Origin: Eledone cirrhosa
Lineage: Eukaryota
Reading direction: 5' to 3'
Assembly (NCBI GenBank): GCA_964016885.1
Contig: OZ024741.1
Location: 150,164,001-150,228,000 of the forward strand
Length of the DNA stretch: 64,000 nucleotides
The position numbers and the translations under genes are program-made. The notes under the pieces were generated by a model. The model searched no databases. It saw nothing but the letters and a program-made list of their open reading frames with translations, and was not told the DNA's origin. Of this stretch, positions 1 to 15,064 are shown piece by piece (the first letter of the stretch is position 1; each line of letters begins with the position of its first letter).

Positions 1-116
1 GTAGCAAACTTAGTAACCGTAGAACTTATATAGGAGTATCTGAACCCACCCATAAGTTATCCCACCGGACTCGTAATAACAAATATAATACCTCTAAGAG
101 ACAAGTCGAGCCTCCT

Positions 117-1166
117 GTGCGCTCACGCATTGGTGTTGGTTTGGCTGGATCTTATTCTAGTAATGTTGCTCCTACTGATCCTATCATTGGCCTTAATCCT
201 CTTGTAGGGATTCTGGACAACAGCGGATCTACTAAAGGTAGAAACTATAATAGGCATAACGAAATTATGGCTGATTCTATGAATGTGGCTTCAACTATTC
301 CCGATAGTAACCCTAGTCTCGACGGTGGGACATTTGATAGAGGTAGGGTCGATAAGAATAAAAATAAAAATAGAAGGCGATTGAATACTTATTTCAACCC
401 GCCATATAATCAGGATGTATCAACTAATATCCCTAGGTCTTTCTTCACTATCCTGGAGAAAAATTTCCCCCCTTCTCACAAATACCATGGTATTTTTAAT
501 AAAAATGTTATTAAACTCTCATTCTCTACCACCCCTAATATTAGTTCTCATTTAGCTAGCACTAATAATAGGAAAATTAGGGATGGATTCTCCTCTCTAC
601 ATACTACTAGTCTGAATGCATCGGACAATGCTTTACCACCAGAACAGTCCTTATCTAATAGAGGTCCTACGTGCAATACATCACCACTCGAGCCAACCAA
701 TAACACCCGGAAGTGCAATTGTAGAGTGAGTGCTAACTGCCCTCTAAACGGTAACTGCCTTTCTAAGAACATTGTCTATGCTTGCGAGGTTATAACTAAT
801 TCCTCTAAAAGAACGTATATAGGATCTACTTCAAACACTTTTAAGACTAGGTTTAACTCTCATATCTCTAACTTCAAACATGTTAGGTTTAAGAATTCTA
901 CCTCTCTAGCGCATTATATCTGGGATCTTAAGGGAGCTTATATACCATATAGCCTTAACTGGAGTTTAGTAGCACGATCTAACCACCTTTCTGCACATAG
1001 TAAGTTTCGTAATCTCTGTATACTTGAGACACACTCTATTATTTTCTCTAGCGTACCCTTACTGAATAGAAAGTCTGAGATATTCTCTTCTTGCCCCCAT
1101 GCCATTTCTAATTCTTACTTTTATTATAAACCCAAATGTTCTAGTAGTACAAATCGTACCCATTAG
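117..1166 (+). pseudogene. PLE linker plus GIY-YIG endonuclease fragment (no RT in window)
   Basis: CxCx5C linker followed by a VY..YIG GIY-YIG domain; homologous to the ORFs at 22925, 36102, 40099 and 55416. Confidence 0.85.
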
Positions 1167-2681
1167 CAGATATATTCCATTACTTAGTTTTTTGTTTGGG
1201 TTCTTTTGTTTGCCAACACTAATGTTATCATTGGTTTTTGATGACTCTTCATTCTAGCTCTCATAATCATTTGGCCACTGTACCATATCTATGTCTTCAC
1301 TATTACACCTTGTTAGTATACATAAGATTACACACGTTATTATCTTTATATATTCTTTTATTATCATTAACTTTAATTTTAATTTTAACATTATTTTTAT
1401 TTTTATTTTTAATCCTATTTTTATTTCTAAGTCTATTCTGATTTATCTATCGACCCCCCCCCCCTTCTTCCCCCCATGCACACATAAACTTATTGTCAAC
1501 CCCTCCAGATTAAATATGATTATATTAACCCCCCCTCTTTTATGCTCTGTTCTATTATTTATTATAGTATATCGAATATATTTTATGCCACTTCGCACCC
1601 TCCATATATTTTGTCAATTCTGTCCCCATTAGCCTACCTTAACTCTACTTAAGTCAGTTTTTTAGATATCGTTGCGTATATGATAGTGTAATTTTATTCC
1701 TTTTTGTAAACATTTGTAACGATACATTAAAGTTTATATACTTTAATGACTTAGACTATAGCTAATTTTATACTACCTTATCGGATGGGTTTGATATTTT
1801 TAATATTAATTTATCAGATAGGGTTTGGAGTCATTTAAAATGATCGCTTTCCTTGGTGTTTACCAAATTTCTTAATGCACGCGAGGCCTAAATGTGTATA
1901 CATTTGCTTTGTTTTGTAATTTCCGGTTGATTGTATTTATTTGTTTTATCCTATATTCTATTTACTATTCACTGTCTGGCTTCGCTCACTCATCCACACA
2001 TGTCTGTCTACTAACCTTGAAATTATAAGTATTTATTTATATATTTTATGCCAATTTTTAAAATATATTACATTATGATATTGATCCTTATTACTTACCG
2101 TTTATTATATATAACATTATGATATTTAAACTTTATATATCATGTAAGATGTCTGGATTTTTTAATATTTTAATATTGTAATATGTAACATTATGATATT
2201 TAGACTTTACATATCATGTTAGATGTCTGTATATTTTTTCTGTAACATCATATTTTTTCTGTAACATCATAATTGTTCCCTGTACCAATATAGTTTTTTT
2301 GAGTATTATTGTATTATATTATATGATTTATATTTCCTCATTTATTATGTAACCCAGTATGAATCATGTTGTAGATATTGTTTATGGTAATTGTTAATAT
2401 AATGTTAACATTTTATCATTGTATTTCACTGTGACATCTATATTGTTTCTGTAAATTAACCGGGGATTATCTATTCTACTTTATTATATTGTATTGAATT
2501 ATATAATTTTGTTGTTTATTATTTGTTATAAGTGTTTCTTGTAATTATATCATATTATTGCCTCATGTATATTGGGTAGATGTATTAGCATTATTTTCAC
2601 TATTACCATGCTTATTTTTAATATTCAAACTTCCAATAGGGCTTAATTTCTGTGTAATAGAAAATAGATATGTGTACTGTA

Positions 2682-2721
<40 letters not shown>

Positions 2722-3057
2722 ACATATATACATGTATATATTGTACCTTCTGAGTTTTAATTTGGAATTTTAATGTTGGTATAAATATATTATTATTATA
2801 ATGTATTATATTGTGTTATATATAATTCCTGCTCTATATAACCAAATTTGTTTAGATTTAAGTTGGTGGCTTTGGACTATATTTGTAATATGGTTCTTAA
2901 TGTTATCTACATCCTTAGTTATTATAATTTTATTATTTTTATCTTTATTTTCATTTTTATTATCGTATATCTTTGCAAGACATTAGTGTATGTACACTCC
3001 ATATTCTTCAGAGTTTCTGGCTTGTATCTGCCGAAATTACCTCTTGTTGTTTTGATT

Positions 3058-3095
3058 GCCCTGATGAGTCCTTAATAGGACGAAACATTGTCGGC
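3058..3095 (+). ncRNA. Minimal type I hammerhead ribozyme
   Basis: gcc-CTGATGA-gtcc(ttaata)ggac-GAAAC-att-GTC-ggc: canonical core, 4-bp stem II, very short stem III, followed by aataaa. Confidence 0.85.
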
Positions 3096-3140
3096 TAATA
3101 AAAACTTTTGATGTATTAAAGGATTCTTTGTTTTACTCTC

Positions 3141-3755
<615 letters not shown>

Positions 3756-4469
3756 GGAGGTGAGTTTTATTGTAGTACAATAAAGCAATGCAGATATCGG
3801 ATAAGAAGCACTCTACAGTTTGTAGGACTGGAGTATACATAATATATAAGAACAAAAGATGGTTAAAAGAGTTCCATGTATTTTATTATGCGCATTTCAA
3901 AAACAAATATCATCATGCAATAATATTTGTGTTTTCATCATATTGTGTTTTTTTGACGTTAGATTATTCATCCTCAATTCATTATTCTTTTCTCCCTTTC
4001 ATCTAACTCATTCATCTCACAATATTTCCTTACTTAAATAACCTGTTGTTCCTTTTAATAATACATATCAACATCTTCTTAACATCGCACATATTATTAA
4101 ACCCTTAAACATTATTCTCAATACATATTAACATTTTCTTTTTTCATCGCACATATTATCAAACCCCTCAATATACAAACCTTAACTTTACATTATTTTT
4201 CTCTTCGTTAATTTTCAAATTCTTTTAATTTGTTCATTATCTTCCAACGGTTTTCAACCTCTCTATGTAAAACAATATATCTTTCTCAGTTATAAAAGCT
4301 ATCTCTCTCTCTCTATCACCCATCTCTCCTCCTATCTCATCCTTCCTCATTATACTCCTCCCTCTCCACTTTTTACTCTCATCTCCTCCTCTTTTTCATC
4401 CTTTCCACCCTCCCCTCTAAATAAAATATTTTTCTTCCACCCTCCCCTCTAAATAAAATATTTTTCTTC

Positions 4470-7400
4470 CTGAGATGTTGTTAGGGGCTGGACATGGCTG
4501 AGGAAGCTTCTCCTTGACTTCAGTTGTTGGGGCAGAGGTTCAGGTCCGTGAAGGAGGTATCGTTCATCACTGATAGCCTTTGTGATCTCTACTAGGCTGG
4601 CAGCTTCCCGTCTCACATCTGCAGGGGCAATGCCACCAAGGAGATGCAGGTTGTTTGGTTTGGTAGGCTTCAGGCAACCAGTGATCAAACGGCAGGTGTT
4701 GTTCAACGCTGGGTCTAGTTTACTGGCATGGGTTGATCTCTCCCAAACAGGACACACGTACTCCGCAGAGGAATAGCACAGGGCGAAGGCAGTACATCTT
4801 AGTGTGTGCTGTGGCTCCCCATTTGGAGTTGATCAGTTTCTGTAGCATGTTGTTTCGGAAGCTGACTTTCAATTTGGTGTTTTTGATGTGTTCCTTGAAT
4901 GAAAGGGTGCGGTCCAGGGTTACGCCAAGGTAAACAGGATTAGTGCAGTTCTCAAGTGGTGTTCCTGACCATGTGATGTTAAGAGGTCGGCTGGCTTCCT
5001 GGTTCCTGAGATGGAACGAGCAGGCTTGAGTCTTCGCAGGGTTTGCGTGCAGGTGGTTGCTCTCGTAGTAGAGGAGTAGCTCATCCAGGGCTGAATTGAG
5101 GTTTGCTTCTACTGCTTCGAACGTACTCTCTTGGGATGTAACACAGAGGTCGTCAGCGTAGATGAACCGCTCAGTGTTCTGGTCCATTGGCTGTTAATTG
5201 GTGTAGATGTTATATAGTAGTGGAGCCATCACACTACCTTGAGGTAAGCCGTTCCTTTGTCGTCGCCAACGACCTTGCTTGTTGTTCAGGGTAACATAGA
5301 AGCGCCTGTCTTTCAAGAGGGCTCCAATTAGGTCTGTGAGTGCTAGGTCTTTTGTCAGTTCCAATGTCTTTTTCAGGAGGAGGAGATGGTTCACAGTGTC
5401 GTATGCGGCCGACAGATCAACAAAGACGGCTCTTGTTACCAGTCCTTTCTGAAACCCATCTTCAATGTGCTGAGTGAGATTCAGGAGTTGGCTTGTTGTG
5501 GATTTGCCAGGTCGGAATCCAGCTTGTTGGGGGATGATGACGGGTTCAACAACTGGGGCCGACCTGCTGAGGATCAGGCGCTCAAACAGGTGGAATAGCA
5601 GGGAGATTGGGCGGAAACTCTTTGCATGCGCTGGATCTTTACCCGGTTTGAGAAGAGCAATAATTCTAGTTTTTCTCCAGATCTTTGGGATGTTTCTTGT
5701 CAGCATGCAGTTCTTCATCAGCTCAAGGATCCATTTCTGTGTCAGAGGTCCAAAGTGCTTGATCCTCTCTGTGAAAATATTATCTAGGCCGATGGCTTTA
5801 CCAGTCTTAAGGGCACTGATGCTGATGTTGAGCTCTTCAAGCGAGAACGGCTTAGTCAGTCTGTAGTTTGGGAGTACTTAAGTCGGTCTACCTTTGGTCT
5901 TGGCTCTTCAGTGGTGGATTTCCCATTGAGCAACAGTTGATATGCAACTTGGTTGGCGGTGATGGTGTACTGCTGTTGTGTTGGAGTTGACGGGTTGTTG
6001 CTGATTTTCCGGATTAGACTCCATGCCTTTTTACTGTTTTTCGTCATATCAGTTGTCTCCAACAGATTTTGTCATTTCCGTTGGCGACATTCTAATAGGG
6101 AGGTCATGAGTCCTTCACCTACTACGATGGTACTTTCAGCAAAGGGGTCAGATTCATAGAGCTGTTGGTATTGCTCATATAGTTCGCTGCTTTGAGCATC
6201 TAGTCCAGGAATGTATTGAGTGCGGCAGCCTCTTTGGATGTTCTTCCGAGCTGCTTGGTGCACAAACTTGGTGACGTTATCGTAGTTTTTTGGGTCCACT
6301 GGGAGGTGGGCAATCTTCCTTTCAAGATCTTCTTGGAAGCCAAGCCAGTTCGCTTTCCCAAAGTTGAATCTTCTTCGGAATGGAACTGTGGCTGGGGTGA
6401 TTACAGCATTGACTATAATGCCAATGGGGCGGTGTTGGGTTTTTGGCACCAGTACCAGCTTCTTGCTCAGTCCGGTGATGTTATGACTGACAAACACGAT
6501 ATCAGGATTGTAACCTGCTTTCCATCGTCCGCTGTTGAAAGACTTTGGTTGTTTGGCATCGTGGATCAAATGAAGCCGGTTGCTTTCAGCCCATACTTCC
6601 ACTGCAGCTCCATCTGCATTGTTATTAGCATATCCCCATTGTGTGCTGTGGCTGTTGAAGTCTCCGATCACAATCTTTGGTTTTCCAGATGATGGTATTT
6701 CTGGCATCACAAGAGGTGTGAGAGGTGGTTTGTAGACTGAGGTGATGGTAATTCCTCTGAGCTCAGCGGTTAGGACTTCGATGTTATTATCATCGTTCTT
6801 TGATGATGATTCGATGATTGTCCCATTTTTTGCTAGCATGATGCTTCCCTATTTCTCATGTGGTCTTTCTATGAGGGTGGTCATTACTTCCACATGAGGG
6901 CGGGGATGTTTAGGTCCACGGTGGGTTTCTTGTAGGCAGAGAATGTCACACGGATGCTCTCTGCAGTGTTTTGCAACAAGTTCTTCTTTAGTTGCAGATA
7001 GTCCTTCAATATTTAGAGATATAACGGTGGATTGGCAGTATCGGTAGAGAGTCGGACGCCATGCTTTGAATCATAGAGTTACGTCCTTTTATGATCTGAG
7101 TTCAAATCCCGCCGAGGTTAACTTTGCCTTTCATCCTTACGGGGTCGATAAAATAAAGTACCAGTAATGTACTGGGTAATTGCTGGCCTTGTGCCAAAAG
7201 TAGAAACAATATTTAGAGATATAATGGTCAATGCTGGCCTTAGAGGCGGGCGTTGGACTCTCTCCATGCTCCGGACTGGTAGGCTACCGTCATTCGTTGA
7301 GCTTCTGGACATTGCTTGTCTTTCGGCTCGGCTTTGACGTATTTGGTAGAATTCGCAAGTAAACGTGGGTATTACTTGACAGGGATCGCCACGTGAACGC
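4470..7400 (-). mobile_element. Decayed non-LTR retrotransposon with APE and RT (possibly Daphne/L2-group)
   Basis: APE motifs IISLNIEGL, CLQETH, GDFNSH, TQHRP; RT motifs QQAGFRPG, DLSAAYDTV, GLPQGSV, YADD, YLGVTLD. Split by stops and frameshifts. Confidence 0.85.
7025..7206 (+). mobile_element. tRNA-derived SINE (Meta-domain-like) inserted in the LINE APE coding region, 18-bp TSD
   Basis: B-box gagttcaaatcc; central gcctttcatccttacggggtcgataaaat; TSD caatatttagagatataa at 7007-7024 and 7207-7224. Confidence 0.9.
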
Positions 7401-7774
7401 TTCTACCTTGATAAGAGGCCAGTATTGAAGCGGCTCATCCACTATACAGTGGTGGTCATAATTTGACCCCGAAGCCTAAAGTGATGCAAACATGTTGGGT
7501 GTATGAAACTTTAGACTATATCGTCATCTTCTTCTTCTTGAAGATAACGAGTTTAACTTTTACACCTACATCTTCTTCTCATGACTGAAGGCTAAAGCTG
7601 GTGCATTTTTGCACTAGCTCCAGCAATTCTTGCATTTAATTCAGCCTCTTATCTTCCACCACTTGTGAAAACAGCTCCGAGATACTTGAACTGCTTCAGT
7701 ATAACTCCACTCACATGCAGATCCTGAAAAGTCTAAATTTCCTCCAATCCACCCCCCTGACTGACTGGCACTTT

Positions 7775-7885
7775 ACTTATTTACACCAAAAGGGTAACGG
7801 GCAAAGCTGATCTCAGCGGGATTTGAACTCAGAACGCAGTGAGCCAGAACAAATACCGGAGGATTTGGCTCGACGCTCTTAAGAC
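7775..7885 (-). mobile_element. Diverged SINE copy
   Basis: Reverse complement contains gagttcaaatcccgctgag and a degenerate central domain. Confidence 0.55.
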
Positions 7886-8193
7886 TCTGCCAATTCACAG
7901 TGCAAATAGGAAAGTAAATGGGTGACTTAAAATTTGTCTGTGCACGCGCGCGCGTGTAAGTGTATGTGAGTGTGTGTGAAATTAAGTATTAGATTCTTTT
8001 CTTTTGAAGTCTTTTGTATATATTATTTTGTATTAATGGTTTCATCTGCTGCTTCTATTTAAACATATGACCTCTCCTACTTCAGCCAACTCAAATCTCT
8101 TAATGCAACTCCCTCACGTTGTTATTTTAATTTTTGTAGTTACTCACTCTGTCATTTGATCACTTCCTACGTCCACAGTATCTCGTTTGTGTA

Positions 8194-8395
<202 letters not shown>

Positions 8396-9004
8396 TACTA
8401 AAACTCTGCGATTATGTGCTTGTATGTAATTTAATATAGAAAACCGGCGCATAATGGAAAAATACTTTGAAAGGAAGTTGCCCCAGAAATGGGAATACAA
8501 ATGGAATAAAACAAGTTTCGCGTAAATCGGAACACGGGTTCCCGAAATACGGGTTTTTTCCGGGTACCTTCATAAATAGAGAGAGAGAAAGATATAGAGA
8601 AAGAGATAGTGGTTGTGAGAGAGTAGATTGAAGGAGTAGATTGAAAGAGAGATAGAGAGAGAGAGAGGAGACAGAAAGAAAATGGAAGAGAGAGAGAGAG
8701 TTGGTGGTGTTGATGAATGAAATTATATACACACACACACACACACATATATATATATGTATACACACACACATACACACACACATATCTGTATACATAC
8801 ACACACACACACACACATATATATGAGCCTTCCAATTTCATTTTACATTATATACATGTCTGTGTATATTTTAATTATTCAAAAATTATTTTTAAGTGAA
8901 CATGATTAAAAAAAACACCTTTAAGTGAACGTGATCCAACGGCTCACGGGTAGTCTGGTAACAAATAAAAACAAATTGCAAATTATTATATGTGGATGCT
9001 ACCA

Positions 9005-9223
9005 TGAGGGCGGTGGATTAGTAGTATCGGTAGAGGGTCGGACGCCATGCTTTGCAGCATAGAGTTACGGCTCTTTATGATCAGAGCTCAAATTCCGCCG
9101 AGGTTAACTTTGCCTTTCATCCTTACGGGGTCGATAAAATAAAGTACCAGTCACGCACTGGGGTCGATTTAATCGACTTTCCCCTCGCCCCAAATTACTG
9201 GCCTTGTGCCTATATAAGAAACC
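9005..9223 (+). mobile_element. Full-length tRNA-derived SINE with 20-bp TSD
   Basis: Same family as 7025. TSD attatatgtggatgctacca at 8985-9004 and 9224-9243. Confidence 0.9.
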
Positions 9224-9615
9224 ATTATATGTGGATGCTACCAAATGTGAAATCAGGTGATTACTTTAACGTTGCCTTGTCTGACAAATTCCTGGTTAAT
9301 CTATTGTCAGGTGCCTCTCTCCAAACATCTGTAGTCATGCGATCTGCTAGAAATACAGACAGAGCCTCCTAATATAATTGAATAAAGGAGTGGCTGACCA
9401 ACTATATACAGAAGACAGTATAGGTATGACGGAATGACATTTATCTATAGGGCTGTTAAATCACGACTAACATGGGATTATACCACCACCTCCATAACAA
9501 CAACACGCTTTTAAAGCATGGTACAGGGATAAGAACAGTCACCAGTTCCCCCATGACTGCATGAAAAATAGGACCTAAAGCCAACGACAACGACGACGAC
9601 GATGATGATAGTGGC

Positions 9616-9647
<32 letters not shown>

Positions 9648-10559
9648 ATTAATTTTACAGATATAATCATTTTTTTCCAAATACGTCATAGAAATTGCTC
9701 TAACTATTTTTTTTGTTAATGACTGTCTACAACCACAATGAAGGTATAATGGACATTGAATGTTTTCAAAATATAAATAAACTCCAATTTATTGAACTAA
9801 TCAAAATATATCCATCACTTCATTGAATTTTTTCCACTGCCAAAGAACAGATTATTTTTTTAAAAATAGAAATATCAGTTTTAGTGATTATGTAATCTTT
9901 CCAATTAATATTTTCAATAAAACAACAATAACAACAACAACAATAACAGAAAAAAAAAATCAATTATGAGTCTTAGAGATTTAAAGCTATCGAACACTCT
10001 CTAATGGATTCGATTGTTAAAAGCCAATATCGATATATTGTCTCGTCTCTTTTTTATGCCAAGCAAGAACAATTGAAATCTACGATGGATTAGTTGTGAC
10101 AATGTGTTTCTTCACACATTTAACGATGGTGGTGAGGAGAGATCGAATTTAAATTGAGAAGAATCATCTATGCTGCTAATGTATATTACACCCGTTACAT
10201 TGTCATTACATGACAGATGTTTTATTTGGGTGGAATGTTAGTGGGTAGGCGTGTTTCTTGTTAAACTAACTGATATATTCCACTGCTCACATCGATATTA
10301 CAAACATAGTGATAAGTGGGCGGATGAGATCGATATTATTAACAATGATGAGTGAACGAACCTACTGCAGATGCGAGTAAAAATATAATTTTCCATTATA
10401 ACATACATTGTAACATTATAATACAGAAACTGTTGTTGTTATTACAGCTCACACCTAAGAAGGGTTAGTTGGCCTTGTTCAAAGTAGTATCTATATGAGG
10501 TTTCGCGGGTGATTTAATGATAGGGTCCCAAGTCTTACCATGAAAAGACTCCTCACTAG

Positions 10560-10745
10560 ACCGGACGCCAGTCTGTTGCAGGGGTTGACCAGTTACTGCG
10601 AGTACTCATTTCTTTCAAATGAGTGGACTGAAGCAACGTGAAATGAAACTTCTTGCTCAAGGATACAACTTGCCGGACAGTCCAGGAAACGAATGCACGA
10701 CTTATGATTGTGAACTCAACACCCTAACCTCTTGAACACGCGCCT
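10560..10745 (-). mobile_element. CORE-like tRNA-derived SINE
   Basis: Reverse complement has gttgtatccttgagcaagaagtttcatttcacgttgcttcagtccactc (CORE-like) after a tRNA-like head. Confidence 0.55.
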
Positions 10746-10845
10746 TTGATTTACTTCCTATAACTGTCTATTTGAATAGAAGTAATGTTAAGTTTATCAT
10801 TGTTTCCAGCTAGATATATATGTGATATGAAAAAAACATACACAC

Positions 10846-10888
<43 letters not shown>

Positions 10889-10924
10889 TATATGTGATAT
10901 GAAAACACACACCACACAGAATAA

Positions 10925-11020
10925 CTTGTTTACGAAATTAACGTGCTTGTGACGGAGCATTCCACAGACACGTCTACCCTCAAGGTAATTCTCAGGGAGA
11001 TTCAGCGTGACACAGTGTGC
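10925..11020 (-). mobile_element. Dispersed repeat or SINE fragment, homologous to 61780-61950
   Basis: Shares ctgaatctccctgagaa...gtctgtggaatgctc...gcacgttaatttc with 61780-61950. Confidence 0.55.
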
Positions 11021-11439
11021 AGACAGCAGATGTAATATCGTATGTACGAATTATATAAATATTAGCTTTGATTTTATTTATATGACTTTTTGATATACAT
11101 ATATACACATATGCATCCATACATGCATTTGGATTACTTGACCGAACGTTAGATGAGATCCGAACCATTGATGCTAAAACCCGAAAATTCTAACCAGTAT
11201 TGGAAATTTCCTCATCAATAGACAACTTCTACATAAAACGTAAACTGTGAGGCAGAAGTTTAACATCGATCTAAACAGCTTTTGATTGCCGCATCATATA
11301 CCTTAGTCACCACAAACGTAGAAACCCATCATTACAACTGGGAAGGAACTTTTTGAGAAATATTTCATGAACACAAAACACACAACTAAGGAAATTGCAG
11401 AGCAATACCACAACAAATCAGATGATGAAAAGTTATATA

Positions 11440-12410
11440 CTTATCAGCACAACATCAGGCTACCCCCGCGGAACACGAACATTGTAATGCCGTCTGGCCT
11501 TTTGCCGTGCCCTCGGCCCAGCACCACTGGCTCGAGCTGGGAAGGGAAGCCTGTACCGTCCAGGCCATGCTTTATGATCTCGTCGAGAGCAGCATGGCGT
11601 GTAACGGCATGACAGTGGGTGGAGACCACAAAAACATCCGGTGTCGTCAAACCGAACGGTGCATATATCTTCAGCAGCCCGTCGGATGCCTACGTCGAGG
11701 TCTGTGAGGAGAGATGCTTGGCTGTAGCAGGGGGCACTGCAGAAGGTGTATAAGAGGTTCGACATGGCGAAGAAGTTCCTCAACAGAAAGAGTGTCGGGT
11801 GGGCGTCGATCAGGCTCAATCTATTCGTCAGGGTTTCCAGCTGGCGTAGCCTGAATCCGAGCGTAGAACGAAAGGCAGAGGGGAGGGGGGGGGGTCGGCG
11901 AACTGAGGATAAGGACGTCTTCCTTAGGGGTCACCTACACCTGATGGTGTGATGATCACACGTCCGAGAGGGAGGTCGCGAAGCCCTCTGTGTCGTAATC
12001 GACGTTAATAACCTCCAGCTTGGACGAGCTGATCTTGAGGCCGATCCTCGCTAGAGTGGGAACCACTGATTGGAGATACTGATAGACACTCTTTGTGGGC
12101 TGACCCATGACCGCATCGTCCAGGTACTAGACATTGAGAGGAGCGGTGATGCTCCGAGCAATGATATCCATCCTGAGAGCGAAGAGGAGGGAGTCCCAAA
12201 GGATTGCCCTGTTGGAAGCAGGTTGAGGGCGGTATGATCTTGTCCGCAGTGAAGAGCATTCTTGAAGACCCGTAAGACAAGTAGGCCAGTGGATAGGCGG
12301 ACGAGCCACAACTGAGGCAAGCTCGATCATGTGGTCGCGACGCAGATAGTTGAAGGCATTCCTCATGTCAAGCTTGATGATGAGATGGCTAGAATCACTC
12401 GGCACCAGCT
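11440..12410 (-). mobile_element. CRE-like non-LTR retrotransposon remnant (RT plus restriction-like endonuclease)
   Basis: KLDMRNAFNYLRRD, QQGNPLG, LFLLRNFFA, H.LSC, RHAALDEII, KRPDGIT; frameshifted. Confidence 0.75.
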
Positions 12411-13426
12411 TTGAACTGTCTGTTTGAAATGCGATGAATTTATGGTTGTTCTAGATGAAATTATTTAGAAATTGGACGACCGAATTACACAACCGTCTGT
12501 ATAAATAAAGATTTACGAATAACAGTTTACATTTAGTAAACTTGTCAAACCAGTCTCATTATTTTCCTCTTCCTGCTGCTGCTGTTGTTGCTGTGAGTGT
12601 CGTTGTTGTTGTCGCTGTTGTTTTGTTGTTGTCACTATTGTTGTTGCTTTTGTCGTGTTTATAGGTACAATCTGGTGTCCTTCGCCCTAGGGCTACCTCC
12701 CTACTTACCACAATTGGAGCTGAGCTGGCTAGTCGTAGGTGTGAGCCTCGCTAGATAGAATGGCTCTTCCAGCGCATCTCCCTTACCATCCTCTGGGGAA
12801 ACGCCTTCTTCATTCTGTCCGCCGGGGCCGTGGGGCGGTCAGCACGTGGGACCCATTTGCTCATAATATAGAGAGATGGGGAGGGCGAGAGAGATGGAGG
12901 CGATGGCAGTGGGAGTTCGACTCTTCTGTGTTCGGACACATTTATCAAACTAGGTTTTATGCATATAAGTAAGACAAGTATATGAAGAATGTTTTATTAA
13001 TGTTATTGTACCAGTAATGCTCTATTTGTTCTCATTCTCTACATTTAAGAGTTCGGAACCCACCAAGGCCTCCACAGCATTCCATCCTTCCGAAGGTACA
13101 ATACTATTCCAGACGTTTTCTATTAACCCGCTTTAGTTTTGTCTTCATTTTTATTTCTCTTGTTTTCTATGTGGTCATTCTGTCTCTCTTATATTTATCC
13201 TTTAATTAATTAATGAATTAATTTATTTTTTCATATTATTTTTTATTTATTATTTATCCTTTATCCTTTACTTTTTATTTTCTACCCTTTCTGTGGTCTT
13301 TAAATGTAAATCTACAACTATTCGTTTACTTATCTCCTCCCTACTAAAAACACATTAATAAGTGTATATAAAAGGACCCTGGGACCTCTGTCAACAGTTT
13401 GGATGTGTATTTGCATATATAAATTT

Positions 13427-13510
13427 GCATATCTGAGAAGATGTCGAAGAAGAGTCGGGCCTCGGTTATTGTACCCTGAGGTGATCGGTATTGAAACAAT
13501 TGTAACATGC
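13427..13510 (+). ncRNA. Degenerate hammerhead-like motif
   Basis: gcatat-ctgagaaga...GAAAC-aatt-GTA-acatgc: palindromic stem III (acaattgt), imperfect stem I and core, followed by aataaa. Confidence 0.4.
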
Positions 13511-13686
13511 CAATAAAGTTTATATATGCATTCTGCAACACTGAATTCGTCTCTACTTACTTTAGTTAGAGTCTGCACATTACAGCGGTCTTAACTCTCG
13601 AATATAACCCAACACGAGAACGACCACGTAACAGCATTGAGTGCTTCGAATAGCGCACCGCCTGTAACTTTAGTACCCCCCCCCCC

Positions 13687-13728
<42 letters not shown>

Positions 13729-13780
13729 TATCCCGGGTTCAATCGGGGGTAACCACAGTTCTAGTCCCGTAGTAGCCATT

Positions 13781-13812
<32 letters not shown>

Positions 13813-14229
13813 CACACATGCATACATACATACATACATGTAAACATATATCTGTATATATGTTTGTGTTTGCTCATTTGTTTGTCTCTATCCCTGCGTA
13901 TGTATATTGTATATTGTATGGGTGAAGGCGTATGAATGTGCGTACGTGTAAGTGCTTTCTTTATTCAAATATCATATTGAAATAAAAAAAAAATTAAAAA
14001 CCCAGATAACTTGCTATCCTGACAATTGTCTCTCGGAACACTTCAATAAACATTATTGTTTTCTCCTTATTTATTCGTTAGTAGTTGTAGTAGACGTAGT
14101 AGTTGTGGTGGTGGTGGTAGTAGTAATACTGCTAGTTTTAATGATTATTACTGTTATTGAGAACACAAACAATGAAAAACAAGCCACAACGGAACAAAGA
14201 ACGAATTAAAACCTCCGCCATTTTGTTTT

Positions 14230-14287
<58 letters not shown>

Positions 14288-15064
14288 GTGTGTGTATGTG
14301 TGTATATATATTTAACACTCCATAAAAATACTTTAATGGTTTCGTTGATAGTTTGCGCCTTTGCGCCAATCAATAAGAACTGGAATTCTTTTTATTAATC
14401 ATAAAATTCGGAATTTAAAGTAAGTGGTTGCTTGCTGAATCTTCAAGTTTCAATAGTAAGTTTCGTTTGAATGGTTCGCCACGTTGAAGTCATGTAGCAA
14501 GGTTATATATATATATATATATACATATAAACATACACGCATATACATCCATACATACACACGTATATATATATATATATATATATATAAGCATACGTAC
14601 ATTTTATATATATATATATATTTATGTATTAACTCACACACATATACACATATATAAATATACATTAATACATACAAACATTATATATTGACAAATAGTG
14701 ATCGATAAAATAAATATTAGACAGGCAAAAAATAGCACTATCGACTATAAGATCAAATAATTCCAGGCTGATCTAGCATGCCCGCAGACTAATAAGTGAA
14801 ACTAGTAAAATATTAAATGAATAAAATACAAAATGAATAATACATACACACACACAAACACATACATACATAAAGAGGAACATTTCCTTTTCATACAGTC
14901 TTGCCACCGGGAAGGTGGGCGGTCAAAATAATCACAAAACTAAGAGAACATACATACATACAGTCATACTCCCATCATACATATATCCATATATCTACAT
15001 GTGTTTATATGTGTATGTATGCATGTATATATATATATATATGTATGTATGCATGTATGTATGT

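Noticed and set aside
9700-10450. Apparently non-repetitive stretch as a possible host exon or enhancer
   Set aside because: No ORF, splice pattern or motif that I can support without comparative data.
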